Shown: one piece after another, positions 10,864 through 21,000 of the stretch | Position numbering within the stretch: position 1 is the first letter of the stretch | How the letters are laid out: each line of letters begins with the position of its first letter | NCBI GenBank assembly: GCA_016219875.1 | Contig: JACRJZ010000169.1 | Span: 369-64,368, forward strand | DNA from: Verrucomicrobiota bacterium | GTDB lineage: Bacteria; Verrucomicrobiota; Verrucomicrobiia; Limisphaerales; JACRJZ01 | Length of the DNA: 64,000 nt | Direction: 5' to 3' | The notes under the pieces: generated by a model | What the model was told of the DNA's origin: nothing | What the model saw: the letters and a program-made list of their open reading frames with translations, nothing else | Databases searched by the model: none | Translations under genes and position numbers: made by a program

Positions 10864-11808
10864 TCAGTGGTCCGTGGTCCTGTCATCCCTCGATCCGCGG
10901 TTCCTCTTCCCGAACTTGAAATAAAGCTTGTTCCCCAGCGGCAGCAGGACCGCCACCGTCGCCATGCCTGCCACCACATCGACGACGTAATGGTAGCGGC
11001 CATAGACGGTGCTGACGCAGAGCAACGCCGCCACCGCGAGATGGACCCAGCGGATGGGCCGCAGGTAACGGAACGAGAAATACACCGTGCAGAGCGCCAC
11101 TGCGACGTGGCTGCTCGGAAAGGCCGCGCCCGGCGTCTCGAACCGCTCATAGATCCACGCCATCACCTGAAAGAAGAATCCGGCCTCCACGCTGGCCGGC
11201 GTGGTGATCATCGCCGCGGGCACCACGTCCGGCGGCAGCGCCTGGTCCACGATGCCGCGGCACAAAATGCGCGGGCCAACCACGGGCGTGAAGATGTAGA
11301 TCAGGTAGCAGGCGTAGAAGAGGAAGGACACCACCGAGATGAAGTGCGCAAACTGCCGCCGGTCGCGGACCAGCAGCGCCAAGCCGACCCCGGCGATCAT
11401 GAGGTAATAGGAGAAATACGCGCCATACAGCACCTCCGCGGCGAGCCGCGAGGGAAACCGTTCCATCAGTTCCAGCCCCGGCTGCCAGCCGAAGAGCCAT
11501 TTTTCCAACCGCAGGAAATGCGGGTCGAGGTAGCCGGTGTAGAGCATCTGGTTGAGCAGGCCGGTTTCGTGGTAGAGGCCCGTGTAGAGCAGGATCGGGT
11601 AGAAATGCCGCAAGAAGTCCAGCGGACGATTCGCGGGCCAGCGGGCGTGGCCGAGAATGAGCGCCTGCACCAACGCCAGCGCGGCCCCATGCGCCAGCAA
11701 CAGCCACGGCCAGTTCGCCATGCGCGGGCTGTGCCACGCCAGAATGATCCCGCCCACCAACGCGAGGTAACCCTGGGTGGCGTAGTCGATGAACGTGTAG
11801 TGCTTCAT
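10864..11808 (-). CDS. PAP2-superfamily integral membrane phosphatase/phosphotransferase (AUR1/IPC-synthase-like subgroup possible)
   Basis: Multi-TM protein. PAP2 motifs FPSSHVAV (C2) and YGRYHYVVDVVAG (C3). Confidence 0.75.
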   Translation of the reverse strand: MKHYTFIDYATQGYLALVGGIILAWHSPRMANWPWLLLAHGAALALVQALILGHARWPANRPLDFLRHFYPILLYTGLYHETGLLNQMLYTGYLDPHFLRLEKWLFGWQPGLELMERFPSRLAAEVLYGAYFSYYLMIAGVGLALLVRDRRQFAHFISVVSFLFYACYLIYIFTPVVGPRILCRGIVDQALPPDVVPAAMITTPASVEAGFFFQVMAWIYERFETPGAAFPSSHVAVALCTVYFSFRYLRPIRWVHLAVAALLCVSTVYGRYHYVVDVVAGMATVAVLLPLGNKLYFKFGKRNRGSRDDRTTDH

Positions 11809-11811
11809 GGG

Positions 11812-11927
11812 AGAGGGACTACAGGACTACGGGACCACAGGACCACAGGACCACAGACCACAGGACCACAGACCACAGACCACGGACCTGGACTAGAAGG
11901 TCCCGTGGTCCCGTGGTCTTGTGGTCC
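11812..11927. repeat. tandem (A/G)GGACCAC heptamer/octamer array folding into a long imperfect hairpin
   Basis: About 9 consecutive units between 11821 and 11890, then the inverted units GGTCCCGTGGTCCCGTGGTCTTGTGGTCC. It sits 4 nt upstream of the PAP2 start codon. An inverted mini-array lies at 10851-10884. Confidence 0.85.
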
Positions 11928-11931
11928 TTTT

Positions 11932-12915
11932 TCAAAGCCATCCCTGTTCCCGATACCATGACTGTGTTGTTCCGAGGCCGGCTTTGAGGTTCGTCCGACA
12001 CTCCAAGCCGAGTTCCCGGCGCAGCTTCGAGGCATCGCAGGTCCAGGCGGGCGCGCGCAGCTCGGCGTATTTCTGGCGGCTCAGGACGTTCGGCTTGCCA
12101 GTGAGCCGCGACAGTAGTTCCTGCACGGCGCAGACGGGCCAGAGCAGCGCCGTTGGCAACGGCAGGGGCAGCGTCCACACCCCCATCTGCACGGCGATCT
12201 CCTCGGTTAGTTCGCGCGCAGTCGCGATTTCCTGGGCGGCCACGAAATACGTTTGCCGCGCCGCAGCGGGAGCCGTGAGCACCGCGACAGCGGTGTCGGC
12301 CAAGTCCTTCACGAACACAAAACTGAGTGCCTGTCGTCCGCCGCCGAAGCGGGGCCGGAGATGCGACTTCACCGCCTTGAACAGCCGTAAGAATTCGCCG
12401 TCGCGCGGGCCGTACACGGCAGGCGGGCGCAAGACCACAAAGTCCGCCTGACACTGCCCTGTGACTTCACGTTCGCCGGCCAGTTTGCTCCGACCGTATT
12501 CAGAGACGGGCTGGGGCGGGTCGCTTTCCCGCGCCGGCTGCCCTGGCAACGCCGGTCCCGCAGCCGCAAGACTGGAGATGTGAACGAGCCGTTGAACCTG
12601 GCCGCGCTGCGCATTCACGGCTTCCACGACGTTGCGGGTGCCGGTTTGGTTGACCTCGTAAAACTCCGCCGCACGCAGGGCTTTGGTCGCGCCAGCGCAG
12701 TGGATGATGTGCGTCACCTCGCGCAGGGCTTCGTGCAAGCTGGCAGGATCGTCGATGGAGCCGAGCCGGACCTCGACGCGCTGAAGCTGGCGTTCGATGA
12801 AGTTCCGCTGGCTGGTGGGGCGCAAGAGCACCGCGGTGGGAATGCCCCGTTCGCAAAGGGTGTCGAGAATGTGGCTCCCGACGAAGCCGCTGGCGCCTGT
12901 GAGGAGAACCTTCAT
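11932..12915 (-). CDS. NAD(P)-dependent epimerase/dehydratase-family (extended SDR) oxidoreductase
   Basis: Start moved to ATG 12915 (MKVLLTGASGFVGSHI, Rossmann GxxGxxG). Catalytic YGRSK (YxxxK). Confidence 0.8.
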   Translation of the reverse strand: MKVLLTGASGFVGSHILDTLCERGIPTAVLLRPTSQRNFIERQLQRVEVRLGSIDDPASLHEALREVTHIIHCAGATKALRAAEFYEVNQTGTRNVVEAVNAQRGQVQRLVHISSLAAAGPALPGQPARESDPPQPVSEYGRSKLAGEREVTGQCQADFVVLRPPAVYGPRDGEFLRLFKAVKSHLRPRFGGGRQALSFVFVKDLADTAVAVLTAPAAARQTYFVAAQEIATARELTEEIAVQMGVWTLPLPLPTALLWPVCAVQELLSRLTGKPNVLSRQKYAELRAPAWTCDASKLRRELGLECRTNLKAGLGTTQSWYREQGWL

Positions 12916-12995
12916 GGGGCAAAGCGCAGCACGCAATGCGCAAGGCGCCTTTGACGTTTTACGATTTACGCATGGCAGGTCCGCCGCGGCACCGG

Positions 12996-14330
12996 TTACA
13001 GGATCCCCAACTCCTTGCCCACCTGGCCCAGCTTCTCCAGCGCGAAGTCGATCTGCGCGTCGGTGTGCGTGGCCATGAGACTGATGCGGATCAGTTCCTG
13101 GCCGGGCGGCACGGCGGGGGAAACCACCGGGTTGACGAACACGCCTTCGTCTTCCAGCCGCCGGGTCATCTTGAACGCGCCCAGCAGGTCGCGGCAATAC
13201 ACCGGCAGGATCGGGGTCTGGGAGTCGCCGAGATCGAAGCCCAGCGAGAGCAAGCCCTTCTTCATGCGCTCGGTGTTGTGCCAGAGCCGTTGAATGCGTT
13301 CCGGTTCGGCGACCATGATCTTGACCGCGGCCATGACGGCGGCGGCGTTGGCCGGACTCATCGACGCGCTGAAGATCAGGGCGCGCGAGGTGTGCTTCAG
13401 ATAGTCAATCGTCGCGGCGTCGGAGGCGATGAACCCGCCCAGGCTCGCCAGCGACTTGCTGAAGGTGCCCATGATGAGATGCACCTTGTCGGTCAGGCCA
13501 AAGTGGCTGGCCGTGCCCGAGCCGTGGCGCCCCAGCACGCCGATGGAGTGGGCGTCGTCCAACATGACCACCGCGCCATATTTCTCCGCCAGACGGCAGA
13601 GGTCGGGCAACGGGATGATGTCGCCTTCCATGCTGAAGACGCCGTCCGTGACAATCAGTTTGCCGGCCTCGGGCGTGAGTTTTTGCAGACGGGCCTCCAG
13701 GCCGGCCATGTCGCGGTGCGGGAAGCGCACGAGTTCGCCCAACGACAGGTTGCAGCCATCAACGATGCTGGCGTGGTTGCTTTTGTCGGCGAGGATGTGG
13801 TCGCCCCGACCGACGATGGCGCTGATGACGCCGACGTTGACCTGGAAGCCGGTGCTGTAGAGCAGGACGGCTTCCTTGTTGACCAGCCGGGCCAGGGTTT
13901 CCTCCAGTTCGATGTGGATGTCGAGCGTGCCGTTGAGAAAGCGGGAGCCGGCGCAGCCGGTGCCGTACTTGGCGATGGCGACCTGGGCGGCTTGCTTGAT
14001 GTCCGGATGGTTCGTCAGGCCCAGGTAGCTGTTGGAGCCGAGCATCAGCACCTTCTTGCCGTTGATGACGACCTCGGTGTCCTGCGCGGAGGAAATGGTG
14101 CGGAAGTAAGGATACAATCCCGTGGCCCGCGCCTGGGCGGCCGACTTGAAATTGCGCACCTTGTTGAACAGGCCCAGCGGGCGCACCCCGGCCGGGGTGG
14201 AGGCCGGCTTCGACTTCAAAGCCCGGGGTTGGTGATCGATGACGGCGGCGCTGGTCTGGGCCGGAAGCCGGTAGGCTTCAGGCCCGTGGTGGCCGCGTTC
14301 GAGGGTGGGCGTCTTCTGTTGACTAATCAT
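12996..14330 (-). CDS. PLP-dependent alpha-oxoamine synthase (serine palmitoyltransferase / KBL / BioF family)
   Basis: [18 protein letters not shown] and GTFSKSL (PLP lysine) motifs. The start is uncertain: ATG 14330 is chosen, ATG 14423 is possible. Confidence 0.8.
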   Translation of the reverse strand: MISQQKTPTLERGHHGPEAYRLPAQTSAAVIDHQPRALKSKPASTPAGVRPLGLFNKVRNFKSAAQARATGLYPYFRTISSAQDTEVVINGKKVLMLGSNSYLGLTNHPDIKQAAQVAIAKYGTGCAGSRFLNGTLDIHIELEETLARLVNKEAVLLYSTGFQVNVGVISAIVGRGDHILADKSNHASIVDGCNLSLGELVRFPHRDMAGLEARLQKLTPEAGKLIVTDGVFSMEGDIIPLPDLCRLAEKYGAVVMLDDAHSIGVLGRHGSGTASHFGLTDKVHLIMGTFSKSLASLGGFIASDAATIDYLKHTSRALIFSASMSPANAAAVMAAVKIMVAEPERIQRLWHNTERMKKGLLSLGFDLGDSQTPILPVYCRDLLGAFKMTRRLEDEGVFVNPVVSPAVPPGQELIRISLMATHTDAQIDFALEKLGQVGKELGIL

Positions 14331-14463
14331 AGCGTGTGCAAAGGAACCAGGGGTAAGCCATCCACCAGCCCAGCAGCGCGCGGAAACCTCCGTCGCGTTG
14401 CGGACCAGGCTCCGCCCGGACACTCACCGTGCCCGGCCCAGCGTTGACGCCCAGTTAAAAAAC

Positions 14464-14530
14464 AAACGTTTTCTACTTACTTCTGTTTTCATCGAAATCT
14501 GTTGCCGATGGTTGTAACGGAAACGTTTCC
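14464..14530. promoter_or_regulatory. two AAACGTTT-core palindromes (LacI/PurR-type operator-like)
   Basis: ACAAACGTTTTCT (core 14464-14471) and the perfect 12-bp palindrome GGAAACGTTTCC (14519-14530). Both lie in the 500-bp divergent region between the oxoamine synthase and the lactate permease. Confidence 0.4.
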
Positions 14531-14926
14531 CGTTTGCCAACTAGAAACAACGGTCAAAAACGAGGCCGGAATCCGTCCTCCCGGCGCCGCGGTCGATCTG
14601 GAGCTTGGGCATGCTGGGCCGAGCCACGCGCCGCGCGCCCGGTTGCAGGCAGGGTGGCGGCCCAGCCGCGGCCCGCGGACTCAAGGCTTCAGGCGCGAAA
14701 CGCTGCCAGAGGGGGCCGCTACGTTCGCGCCCCGTAAGTTCCCGAGAGGGCGCCATGAGGGGGGACCAACGTCGAATCTGTAAATGAACATGACGCATCT
14801 CAGAAGGAATCTCCGTCGGACGACGGCAGCCATCGCCTGGGTGGCAGTGTCAACATGCGCCCGTTCCGCGCGGCGATTTTGGTTGCGGGCGGCGTTGGTT
14901 TTTCAGTCTTATCACGGCGTCCGCCG

Positions 14927-16582
14927 ATGACCTGGCTCCAACACTACGATCCGTTGGGCAACGTGCTCCTGTCCACGTTGGTCGCGGCCTTGCCGGTAGT
15001 GGTGCTGCTGGGCCTGATCGCCGTGCTGCGCGTGCGTATCCATTTCGCGGCGCTGATCGGGCTGGCCGTGGCGCTGGGGATCGCGGTGGGGGTTTACCAC
15101 ATGCCAACCGTGACGGCGGCAGCGACGACGGCCTACGGCGCGGCGTTCGGGTTGTTCCCCATTGGGTGGATCATTCTCAACGTGATCTTCCTCTACCAAC
15201 TCACGGTGCAGCGGGGATTGTTCGCCGTGCTGCGGGACAGCCTGGCCCGGGTGGCGCCGGACCCGCGGCTGCAAGTGATTCTAATCGCGTTTTCGTTCGG
15301 CGCCTTCATCGAGGGGATGGCGGGCTTCGGCACGCCGGTGGCCATTACCGGGGCGATCCTGATTCAACTGGGTTTCAAGCCGCTGCACGCCTCGGGGCTG
15401 GCGCTGATCGCGAACACGGCACCCGTGGCATTCGGTTCCTTGGGCATCCCGATCACCACGCTGGAACAAGTCACCGGCCTCGACGCGAAGCTCGTCTCCG
15501 CGATGGTGGGCCGGCAGTTGCCGTTCTTTTCGCTGCTCGTGCCGTTTTGGGTGGTGGCCGCGTTCGCCGGCTGGCGCGGAATGCTCGGGGTCTGGCCGGC
15601 GGCGTTTACGGCGGGCGTCGCCTTCGCAGTGCCGCAATTCCTGGTGTCCAATCTGCATGGGCCTTGGCTCGTGGACATCATTTCCGGCGCGTGCTCGATC
15701 CTTGCGACCGTTGCGCTGTTGCGCCGGTGGAAGCCGACGGACCGCTGGTCGTCCGCCCATGTCGCGGCGGCGGCAAAACCGGAAGCCGGCGTCAGCGCCG
15801 CGGCGGTTCACGATGGAAAGCGAATCGTTCAATCATGGCTGCCGTGGATCATCCTCACGGCGTTTATCTTCGTGTGGGGTTTGCCGCAGTTCAAAACTGT
15901 GTTGGACCAGGCCGGCGCGCCGAAGGTCGCGGTGCCGCACTTGCACAAAGTCGTGCAGCGCGTGCCGCCGGTGGCACCGCAGAACGCAAAGCCCGAGGCA
16001 GCGGAGTTCAAGCTGAATGTGTTTTCCGCGACCGGCACCGGCATTTTGGCAGCGGCCCTCGTGGCGGGAATGGTGATGGGCTTCACTCCGCGCGAACTCC
16101 TGGCGGCCTACGGGCAGACGATTTGGCGCGTGCGGTATTCGCTGCTGACCATCGCGGCGATGCTGGCGCTGGGCAACGTCACGAAGTATTCCGGCACGGA
16201 TGCGACCCTCGGCCTGGCGATGGCCAAGACCGGCGCGCTCTATCCGTTTTTCGGCACGCTGCTGGGCTGGCTGGGGGTGGCGCTGACTGGCTCGGACACG
16301 GCGTCCAACGTCCTGTTCGGCAGTCTGCAAAAAATCACCGCCGAGCAAACCGGCCTCAGTCCGATTCTGATGGGCGCGGCCAACAGTTCCGGCGGCGTGA
16401 TGGGCAAGATGGTGGACGCGCAAAGCATCGTGGTGGCGAGCACGGCCACGAACTGGTACGGCCACGAAGGCGACATCTTGCGTTACGTGTTCTTCCACAG
16501 CGTGGCGCTGGCGGCGCTGATGGGTTTGCTGGTGTTGCTCCAGGCGTACGTCCCGCCGTTCACCGCGATGGTGGTGCGGTAG
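14927..16582 (+). CDS. lctP: L-lactate/glycolate permease (LctP family)
   Basis: Start moved to ATG 14927 ([12 protein letters not shown]). About 12-14 TM segments. Family-typical [28 protein letters not shown] and [11 protein letters not shown]. Confidence 0.85.
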   Translation: MTWLQHYDPLGNVLLSTLVAALPVVVLLGLIAVLRVRIHFAALIGLAVALGIAVGVYHMPTVTAAATTAYGAAFGLFPIGWIILNVIFLYQLTVQRGLFAVLRDSLARVAPDPRLQVILIAFSFGAFIEGMAGFGTPVAITGAILIQLGFKPLHASGLALIANTAPVAFGSLGIPITTLEQVTGLDAKLVSAMVGRQLPFFSLLVPFWVVAAFAGWRGMLGVWPAAFTAGVAFAVPQFLVSNLHGPWLVDIISGACSILATVALLRRWKPTDRWSSAHVAAAAKPEAGVSAAAVHDGKRIVQSWLPWIILTAFIFVWGLPQFKTVLDQAGAPKVAVPHLHKVVQRVPPVAPQNAKPEAAEFKLNVFSATGTGILAAALVAGMVMGFTPRELLAAYGQTIWRVRYSLLTIAAMLALGNVTKYSGTDATLGLAMAKTGALYPFFGTLLGWLGVALTGSDTASNVLFGSLQKITAEQTGLSPILMGAANSSGGVMGKMVDAQSIVVASTATNWYGHEGDILRYVFFHSVALAALMGLLVLLQAYVPPFTAMVVR

Positions 16583-16599
16583 AGCGGAGTGGAGGAGGA

Positions 16600-16676
16600 T
16601 GGTATGCGCGGCGGGGGTCGAACCCACAACCTTCGGCTCCGGAGGCCGACGCTCTATCCAATTGAGCTACGCGCAC
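16600..16676 (-). tRNA. tRNA-Arg (anticodon CCG), CCA encoded
   Basis: Reverse complement is GTGCGCGTAGCTCAATTGGATAGAGCGTCGGCCTCCGGAGCCGAAGGTTGTGGGTTCGACCCCCGCCGCGCATACCA. It folds by hand into a cloverleaf: 7-bp acceptor stem, GCTC/GAGC D-stem, TCGGC/GCCGA anticodon stem with loop CTCCGGA, and a T-loop TTCGACC. Confidence 0.9.
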
Positions 16677-16776
16677 GACCGGGCGGACGATAGGCCATGC
16701 CCCCCCGCTCTCGCAAGCAAATCCATGAGCCAAGTGGGGCCGTCGAGCAACGACGGCTTCAGACCATTCAAACCAA

Positions 16777-17481
16777 CTACGGCAGCGCCGTGAAAAATCG
16801 TTCCCATCGCGGCGCGTAGTGATGGTTCCGGTCCAACGACGCGACCACCGCCGTCGCCCGGCCCAGGATGCGGCGGCGCTCGACGAACCCGAAATAGCGG
16901 GAATCGAAGCTGTTGTCCCGGTTGTCGCCCATGACCCAGTAGTGGCCGGCCGGAACGCGCACCGGACCGAACGAACGGATCGAGTTGATCCGCGGCGTCA
17001 CCATCACGGGATGCTTCCGCGCGTCGAGGTGCTCCGTGGCGACGAGGTGCGGCGGCGGGTCACCGGCGGAACTCTGGTCGATGACGGCGTTTTCCATCGC
17101 TTCGTAAGCGACGGATTGCCCATTGATGAAAAGGTGGTTGTCGGTCATGGCCACCGTGTCGCCCGGGAGGCCGACGACCCGCTTGACGAGGCGCTTCTCA
17201 TCCGCCGGGGAGCGGAAAACCACGATGTCGCCGCGTGTGGGTCCGCCCCATTCCGCGAGCGGCCAGGTGGTGAACGGCGCCTTCAGGTCGTAGGCAAGTT
17301 TGTTCACCCACACGCGGTCGCCTTCCAGGATGGTCGGCTTCATGGAGCCGGTCGGCACGTCGTTCCAGTCGGCGAGCGACGACCGCCCGGCGCAGATTCC
17401 CAGGGCCAGGAGCAGGAGGGGCTGGAGGTCCTCGCGCCAAGTGCGGCGCCAGCGCGGTGGCAGGATCAATCGTTTCATCAT
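16777..17481 (-). CDS. lepB: signal peptidase I
   Basis: GSMKPTIL (catalytic Ser box), [24 protein letters not shown]. Confidence 0.9.
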   Translation of the reverse strand: MMKRLILPPRWRRTWREDLQPLLLLALGICAGRSSLADWNDVPTGSMKPTILEGDRVWVNKLAYDLKAPFTTWPLAEWGGPTRGDIVVFRSPADEKRLVKRVVGLPGDTVAMTDNHLFINGQSVAYEAMENAVIDQSSAGDPPPHLVATEHLDARKHPVMVTPRINSIRSFGPVRVPAGHYWVMGDNRDNSFDSRYFGFVERRRILGRATAVVASLDRNHHYAPRWERFFTALP

Positions 17482-17934
17482 TCACTTGGAAATGCGCGGC
17501 CCTATTTCGTTCAACCTAAACCCGTCCGTCGGGAGCCATGGCCCGCATTTCTCACCACGAGATCGGCGGCCGCGATCGGTGGCTCACGCCGCCTGCTCTG
17601 TTCAGGTTGAAAGTTCGGAGCCAGTCGGATCGGCTTCCGGGAAAAAAAGAACGCTTTTTCCGGGAACCAGCAACCCGGCTCATCGCTCCCATAAGCGTGA
17701 ACTGCTGGCACCAGAGAGCCAACGCTGGAATCCCACATCGCCGACCGCGGCGCCTCCGGGTCGGGAAGTGGGAAACGGCGGCCTTCCTCGTGCCCACGAA
17801 GCCGGCGAGCGCCTCTGCCGGAACCAGCCTCCCGGCCCGCCGGGCGCGGAAGCTGGCCCGGCCGGCGCGGCGCGGCTTGGTGTGCGCGAAGCCCCTCCGT
17901 CTGCGCCGTGGGTCTGTGCTGCCAGCAGCTCGCT

Positions 17935-18045
17935 TGGGCCTCCTGCAAAACTGTAGCCGCCGACGTGAGGAGACCCTGTTTCCCTTGAAGTCTGAGCCTT
18001 CTCACGTCGGCGACCACGGGGTCTTGAAATCGCCTCGCTTGAAAC
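17935..18045. repeat. REP-like palindromic element, short form, copy 3 (diverged)
   Basis: GTAGCCGCCGACGTGAGGAGACCC ... GAGCCTTCTCACGTCGGCGACCAC followed by GGGGTCTTGAAATCGCCTCG. Confidence 0.75.
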
Positions 18046-18086
18046 TGAATAAACCAATGGGTCCGAACTAACCTGGAAATTGCATT

Positions 18087-21000
18087 ATGAAACGATACGC
18101 CAAATGTCTGCTCGCTGGGGTCTGCCTGCTCGCCGCGTCGGAAACAACGAGGGTCCGCGCCGCGACGGTGGACGTGATGATTGTGGGCTTCGCCTACGAT
18201 CCTCCAACCGTCACCGTCAACGTGGGCGACACGGTGCGATGGACGCAGATAGATACCATCGCGCACACGGTCACGAGCGACACGGGGGCGTGGCCCTCTT
18301 CGCCGTTGCTGAGCGTCAACCAGACTTTCAGCCTCACCTTCACCACCGCCGGCAGCTACCCCTATCACTGCGCGCCCCATCCCTTCATGACTGGCACCGT
18401 CAACGTGCAAGGAACGGCCAGCAACGCTCCGCCCACCGTCAGCATTTCCAGCCCCACCAACGGCGCCTCGTTCGCGCAAGGCGCCTCGATCACCATCCAG
18501 GCCACCGCCGCCGACAGCGACGGCACCGTGGCCCAGGTCCAGTTCTTCGAGGGCGCCAACTCCCTCGGCGTGGTTATGGCGTCGCCGTACACCGTCACCA
18601 CGACCTTGCCGTCGGGCAGCCACGCGCTGACCGCGGTCGCCACCGACAACGAGGGGGCCACCACCACCTCGGCCGCCGTGAACATCTACGTGAACTTCGT
18701 GCCCATCCCCAACCCCATTGCGGCCCGCGTGCCCAAAGGCGACATCACCATCGAACTCCAGACCATTGCCGATGGCATGGCCTCGCCGCTGGGCATGGCT
18801 GTGCCCGATGACGGCAGCGGGCGCATGTTTGTCTATGACCAAGCCGGAACGATCTGGGTGGTGACCGCCGCCGGCCGGCTCCTGACGCCACTGCTGGACG
18901 TGCGCTCCCGCTTGCTCCCGTCCGCCAAGTGGGACTACGACGAGCGCGGCCTGCTGGGCTTGGCGACGCATCCGAACTTCGCGCAGAACCCGCTGATCTA
19001 CACCTACACATCCGAAACCAACCTCGGCTCGCCGGACTTCCCGGCGATGGGCACCAACGTCAACCACCAGTCCATCATCGCCGAGTGGCGCATTGATTCC
19101 GCCAACACCAACCGCGTCGATCCCGCCAGCCGGCGTGAAATCCTCCGCATCGACAAACCGCAGTTCAACCACAACGGCGGCACCATGCGCTTCGGGCCGG
19201 ACGGCTTGCTCTATATCACCGTCGGCGACGGCGGCAACGTCAACGACGTGGGCGACGGCCACATGCCCGGCGGCAACGCCCAGGACACGATGATGATCCT
19301 CGGGAAGTTGCTCCGCATTGACGTCGATGGCCGCAACGCTGCCAATGGTAAATACGGCCTTCCGGTGGACAATCCGTTCAACGGCGTGAACGGCCTGCGC
19401 GAGATTTACGCCTACGGCTTCCGCAATCCGTTTGCTTTCAGTTTCGGCCGCCTCGACGGCGAACTCTATCTCGCCGACGTGGGCCAGAACCGCGTCGAGG
19501 AAGTCGATGTCATCGTCAAGGGCGGCAACTACGGCTGGAACGTCAAGGAAGGCACCTTCTGGTTTGACTCCGTCTCCGGCACGGTCGTGACTGAGCCGAC
19601 GCGCCCGGTGCCGCCGGGGTTGATCGATCCCATTGCGCAGTACGACCACGACGACGGCTCGGCCGTGATCGGCGGTTACGAATACACCGGCACGAACGTG
19701 ACCGCGCTGGCGGGCCGCTACGTGTTCGGCGACTGGGGCTCCTTCGGCGCGCCTTCGGGCCGGCTCTACTATCTCGACGCCGCGAACATGGTGAACGAAC
19801 TGCGCATTGGCACGGAAGACCGTTCGCTCGGTCTTTGGCTGAAAGGCTTCGGTGAAGGGCCGGACGGCGAACTCTACGTGTTCGGCTCGCGGGTGGTTGG
19901 CCCCGCCGGGAACACAGGCCAGATGCTCAAGATCGTGCCGGGACCGGCCCCGATCAGCATCAGCACCTACAGCGTGCCCGGCGAAGGCGCCGTGGACACA
20001 GACTGGAGCGGCGGCGTGGGGCCGTTTGCCCTGCAGAAGCGGACCGATCTGAAGGCCCCGGCCTGGATGAACGTGGGCTTCACCATGAGCCGGACGGCCG
20101 CAGCGGCGGAAGAAGGCCCGGCCGGTTTCTTTCGCGTGGCGGACCTCGCACACCAGCCAGGCATCGCCCTGAGCGCCTACCTGAGCGGGGCCAACGAGCG
20201 GCCCACGCCGGTCACCACCAGCGGCACGGGTTTTGGCTTGTTCAGTCTGGACGGCAACACGCTCACGTTCAGCATCCGCTATGGCGGGTTGAGCGCCACG
20301 GCCACAGCGGCGCACATTCATGGCCCGGCTTCGGCGGCCCAGTCGGCGTCGGTCGCCATCAGTCTCGTCCCGTTCAACGGCGGCGCCTTCGGCAGCAACG
20401 GCACCCTCTCCGGCATGATCGTGCTGACGGACGCGCAGAAGGCGATGATCCTGGCCGGCCAGTCGTACGTGAACGTGCATACCGCCAACAACCCGGGCGG
20501 CGAAATTCGCGGCCAGATCGCGCCGGTGTTGATGCAGACCGTGCTCAACGGCGCCAACGAGCGGCCCGATCCGGTGAGTACCCGCGCCAACGGCTTGGGC
20601 GTGCTCTTGCTGGTCGGCAACCAACTCACGTTCAACGTCTCCTACCGCAACTTCACCCAAGTGCCCACCGCCGCGCACATTCACGGGCCGGCGACGCTCG
20701 GACAAAGCGCCGGCGTCATGATCAGCCTCGTGCCCTACAACGGCGGGGCGTTCGGGACCAACGGCACGCTCGCCGGCTCCGTCACACTGACCGCCGACCA
20801 ACTCGCGGCCGTGATCGACGGCTTGACCTACGTGAACCTGCACACGCCCGCGCACGGCGGTGGCGAAATCCGGGGACAAATTGTGCCGCAGGCGACGGCG
20901 GTGGCCTTCAGCGGGCCGCTGACCGGGCTGTCAGAACGGCCGGTTCCGATCACGAACAACGCCGCCGGCTCAGCCTTGTTCAGTCTCGAAGGCAACCAAC

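Noticed and set aside
16583-16776. tRNA-Arg as an integration hotspot or genomic-island boundary.
   Set aside because: There is no integrase, no direct repeat of the tRNA 3' end, and no compositional shift on either side. The flanks are the lactate permease and lepB.
17511-20879. 1122-aa ORF antisense to the cupredoxin-SGDH-CHRD gene. Similar long antisense ORFs occur at 28979-32290, 33933-36095, 24025-25299, 12936-14447, 7338-8732, 2588-4555 and 4815-6767.
   Set aside because: These are typical high-GC stop-codon-poor shadow frames. The translations are Arg/Gly/Ala/His-rich and low-complexity with no motifs. In every case the opposite strand carries a gene with clear family signatures.
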